In this document: positions 61,806 to 64,000 of the stretch, one piece after another | Layout: every line of letters begins with the position of its first letter | Position numbering within the stretch: the first letter of the stretch is position 1 | Source of the DNA: an uncultured delta proteobacterium | GTDB taxonomy: Bacteria; Desulfobacterota; Desulfobaccia; Desulfobaccales; Desulfobaccaceae | Length of the DNA: 64,000 nucleotides | Reading direction: 5' to 3' | NCBI GenBank assembly: GCA_963789385.1 | Contig: CAWBKT010000038.1 | Coordinates: forward strand, 121,094 to 185,093 | Made by a program: the position numbers and the translations under genes | Notes under the pieces: model-generated | What the model was told of the DNA's origin: nothing | Database searches by the model: none | The model's input: the letters and a program-made list of their open reading frames with translations, nothing else

Positions 61806-62210
61806 ATGCAGCAATTGACTTCGAGAATTATCGGGGCGGCGATTGAAGTGCATCAAGCTCTGGGGCCGGGGTTGCTGGAATCTGCGTATGAGGAATGTTT
61901 GGCCCATGAGATGCGATTGCGTGGCTTGAGATTTTTGCGTCAGATATCCCTTCCCGTTGCTTATAAAGGCGTCAATCTTGACTGTGCCTACCGCCTGGAT
62001 TTTCTGGTTAACGACACCGTGGTGATAGAACTAAAGTCCATAGAAGTTTTATTGCCTATTCACACAGCCCAATTATTAACTTACCTGAAACTGGGCAACT
62101 GGAATTTGGGACTTTTAATTAATTTTAATGTACCGCTTCTTAGGAACGGCATCAGGCGATTAGTACTCAATTTATCTGAACCCTCTGCGCCCTCTGCGTC
62201 TCTGCGGTGA
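61806..62210 (+). CDS. GxxExxY-family (PD-(D/E)XK-like) protein
   Basis: Contains IIGAAIEVHQALGPGLLESAYEECLAHEM, ...YRLDFLVNDTVVIELKS... and QLLTYLKLGNWNLGLLINFN. The GxxExxY motif appears here as GLLESAY. Confidence 0.85.
   Translation: MQQLTSRIIGAAIEVHQALGPGLLESAYEECLAHEMRLRGLRFLRQISLPVAYKGVNLDCAYRLDFLVNDTVVIELKSIEVLLPIHTAQLLTYLKLGNWNLGLLINFNVPLLRNGIRRLVLNLSEPSAPSASLR
62181..62209. repeat. right 29-bp inverted repeat bracketing the GxxExxY gene
   Basis: The sequence is CCCTCTGCGCCCTCTGCGTCTCTGCGGTG. It contains the GTG start of the next gene. Confidence 0.85.
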
Positions 62211-62855
62211 ATAAAAAAATCAACTTACTCTATACAATCCTTCTCGATCACTACGGTCCCCAGGGCTGGTGGCCGGGAGACACCCCCCTGGAAGTGGCGG
62301 TGGGAGCCATTCTTACCCAGAACACCAACTGGAAGAATGTGGCTCTGGCCATCGACCGCTTAAAGAAGGCTGGATTATTAACGGCACAGGCCCTGCATGA
62401 ACTGCCGGCAGCGGCGTTGGCCGAGTACATCCGGCCGGCGGGCTATTACAATATCAAAGCCAGGCGATTAAAAAATTTTCTTGACTACCTGTTCGACAGC
62501 TATGGCGGGTCCATGGCTGCAATGGCCGGGGCGTCATTGGATCTTCTCCGTCCGGAATTATTGGCTGTCAAGGGGATCGGACCTGAAACTGCGGACAGCA
62601 TCCTCCTCTACGGCCTGGAAAAGCCGACGTTCGTCGTCGATGCCTACACCTTCCGCATCCTCTCCCGTCACGGTCTGGCCGTCTGAGACGATTTCTTATG
62701 AGGAATTGCAGGCCTTTTTTATGGAGGTAGTGCCCCCGGAAACTTCCCTGTATCAGGAGTACCATGCTTTATTGGTGCAAACCGGCAAGGAATTCTGTCG
62801 GCCCAAACCTCGCTGCGCCGCCTGCCCGTTAAAGAATTTTTCTGACGAGCCGTAA
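62207..62855 (+). pseudogene. endonuclease III-like HhH-GPD DNA glycosylase with a C-terminal Cys cluster, frame change near 62680
   Basis: YGPQGWWPGDTPLEVAVGAILTQNTNW and ...LLAVKGIGPETADSILLY... lie in ORF 62207-62686. YQEYHALLVQTGKEFCRPKPRCAACPL lies in ORF 62481-62855. Confidence 0.78.
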
Positions 62856-62971
62856 AATTATGACCCCGGATCGCGCCGGATCTGCACAAAATTTTTGTTA
62901 TAAGAAATATTGCACTGGTGACCGCCAGAATTAGCGCCGATGACTAAGAATTACTCAAGAAGGAGAACAAC

Positions 62972-63259
62972 ATGCACAAGCTGACAAAAGTGGTCCTGGT
63001 AGTCGTGATGTTCCTGTTTGCCGCCGGTAGTGTCTTGTTTACCCATCTGCCGGCTCAGGCCAAATCTCAAACCACCTGCCCGGTCCTGGGCGGCAATATC
63101 GATAAAAATGTCTATGTCGATTACCAGGGCAAGCGGATCTATTTCTGCTGCCAAGGCTGTGATAATGAGTTTATGAAAGATCCGGAAAAGTATATGAAGA
63201 AATTGCAGGATGAAGGTGTGACCCCGGAAACTGCCCCCCAGGGCAAAGCCGGCAAATAA
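62972..63259 (+). CDS. YHS/TRASH-domain metal-binding protein with a signal anchor
   Basis: 95 aa with TCPVLGGNIDKNVYVDYQGKRIYFCCQGCDNEFMKDPEKY. Confidence 0.8.
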   Translation: MHKLTKVVLVVVMFLFAAGSVLFTHLPAQAKSQTTCPVLGGNIDKNVYVDYQGKRIYFCCQGCDNEFMKDPEKYMKKLQDEGVTPETAPQGKAGK

Positions 63260-63390
63260 CCAGGTGTCTGTGGGCGGCAGCCTGTTGGCAGCGCGGCATA
63301 AAATCTAATTTTCACAAGTAGATAATTTGCTTTTCATTCTCAAATCTTCCATGTAATAATGTGGGTAAAGAAATTTTTAGGTGGGTATCT

Positions 63391-64000
63391 ATGAATCTCT
63401 ACTGCCGCCGGGTAATCCGTGCCGCCGCCTGTCTCATTGGAATCCTGTGGGGCTGCTTTGCTGTCCACGGCATAAGCTGGTCTCAGCCGCTGAAACAATT
63501 GCCGCCGGACTTAAAGACCTATATCGATGAAGCCCTGCAGTCCAATCCCGAGATTAAAAGGTTGGCCGATCTGAAAAAGGCCTCCCAGGAAGCTATCCGC
63601 CCGGCCGGGGCCCTGGACGATCCCATGCTGACCTTTGGGTTTTTCAATCTGCCCACGAATAATTTTGCCTTTAAATCAAGCAGGATATGACCCAGAAGGG
63701 GTTGGTGCCTCGCAGAAATTTCCTTTTCCGGGAAAGCGGCGGCTTCGCTCCGAGGTGGCAGAGGAGCAGGCAAGAGCAGATGATTTCATCCTGCTCGATA
63801 AGCTCAATGAGACCCGGGCCAAGGTTATCCAGGCCTATTGGGGTCTTTCCCTGGCCTATGCCTCCCACGAAATTACGGAAAAAAATAAAAACTTTTGGGA
63901 ACAGGTGGTGAAGGTCTCGGAAACCCGCTATGCCACCGGACAGGGGATGCAGGCCGACGTGCTCCAGGCCCAGGTGGAGTTGGGGAATTACCTGGACCGT
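63391..64000 (+). pseudogene. CzcC/CusC (TolC-family) outer-membrane efflux protein; partial, runs off the window, at least 2 frame changes
   Basis: The signal sequence MNLYCRRVIRAAACLIGILWG is followed by YIDEALQSNPEIK, ...LDDPMLTFGFFNLP. Reading continues in other frames with ...RLRSEVAEEQARADDF... and WEQVVKVSETRYATGQGMQADVLQAQVELGNYLDR. Confidence 0.7.

Overview
This 64-kb chromosomal window is moderately GC-rich with several sharply AT-rich spacers, and it reads like a strictly anaerobic Desulfobacterota (deltaproteobacterial) genome. Two large heterodisulfide-reductase-type redox loci dominate. (i) Bases 1-11528, minus strand: a sigma-54-promoted operon encoding a membrane-anchored HdrE/D-like fusion, an HdrA with a GltD/NfnB-like insert, MvhD, an FrhB-like Fe-S protein, a double-HdrA (HdrL-type) protein, a GcvH-like protein and an HdrC-like protein. 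(ii) Bases 48652-56808, plus strand: a second HdrL-type protein, a UGA(Sec)-containing MvhD, MetV, MetF and an HdrC/B-like fusion, which together look like a Wood-Ljungdahl methylene-THF reductase module. Between the two loci lie housekeeping genes: tRNA-His, cobO/U/T/S, miaB, a RidA-family gene, groES-groEL with a perfect CIRCE operator, spmAB, ruvB, murI, meaB, aroF-aroB behind a terminator-containing leader, tsaA, and a gldA/F/G-type ABC system. Accessory patches are also present: an IS4-family element with an 8-bp target duplication, three PEP-CTERM genes or remnants, a GC-rich decayed copper island (multicopper oxidase plus CusB-like adaptor), an unassigned FtsX/ABC/Cys-motif membrane operon, a GxxExxY gene bracketed by 29-bp inverted repeats, and the start of a YHS + CzcC/TolC-like efflux operon. 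I saw no rRNA, CRISPR array, cas gene, integrase, reverse transcriptase or recognisable defence or toxin system. Roughly 40 frame disruptions interrupt at least 22 otherwise well-conserved genes, including essential single-copy ones, so many are probably assembly indels. Those genes are reported as whole spans typed pseudogene and flagged. All calls come from hand translation and motif recognition; no database search was run.
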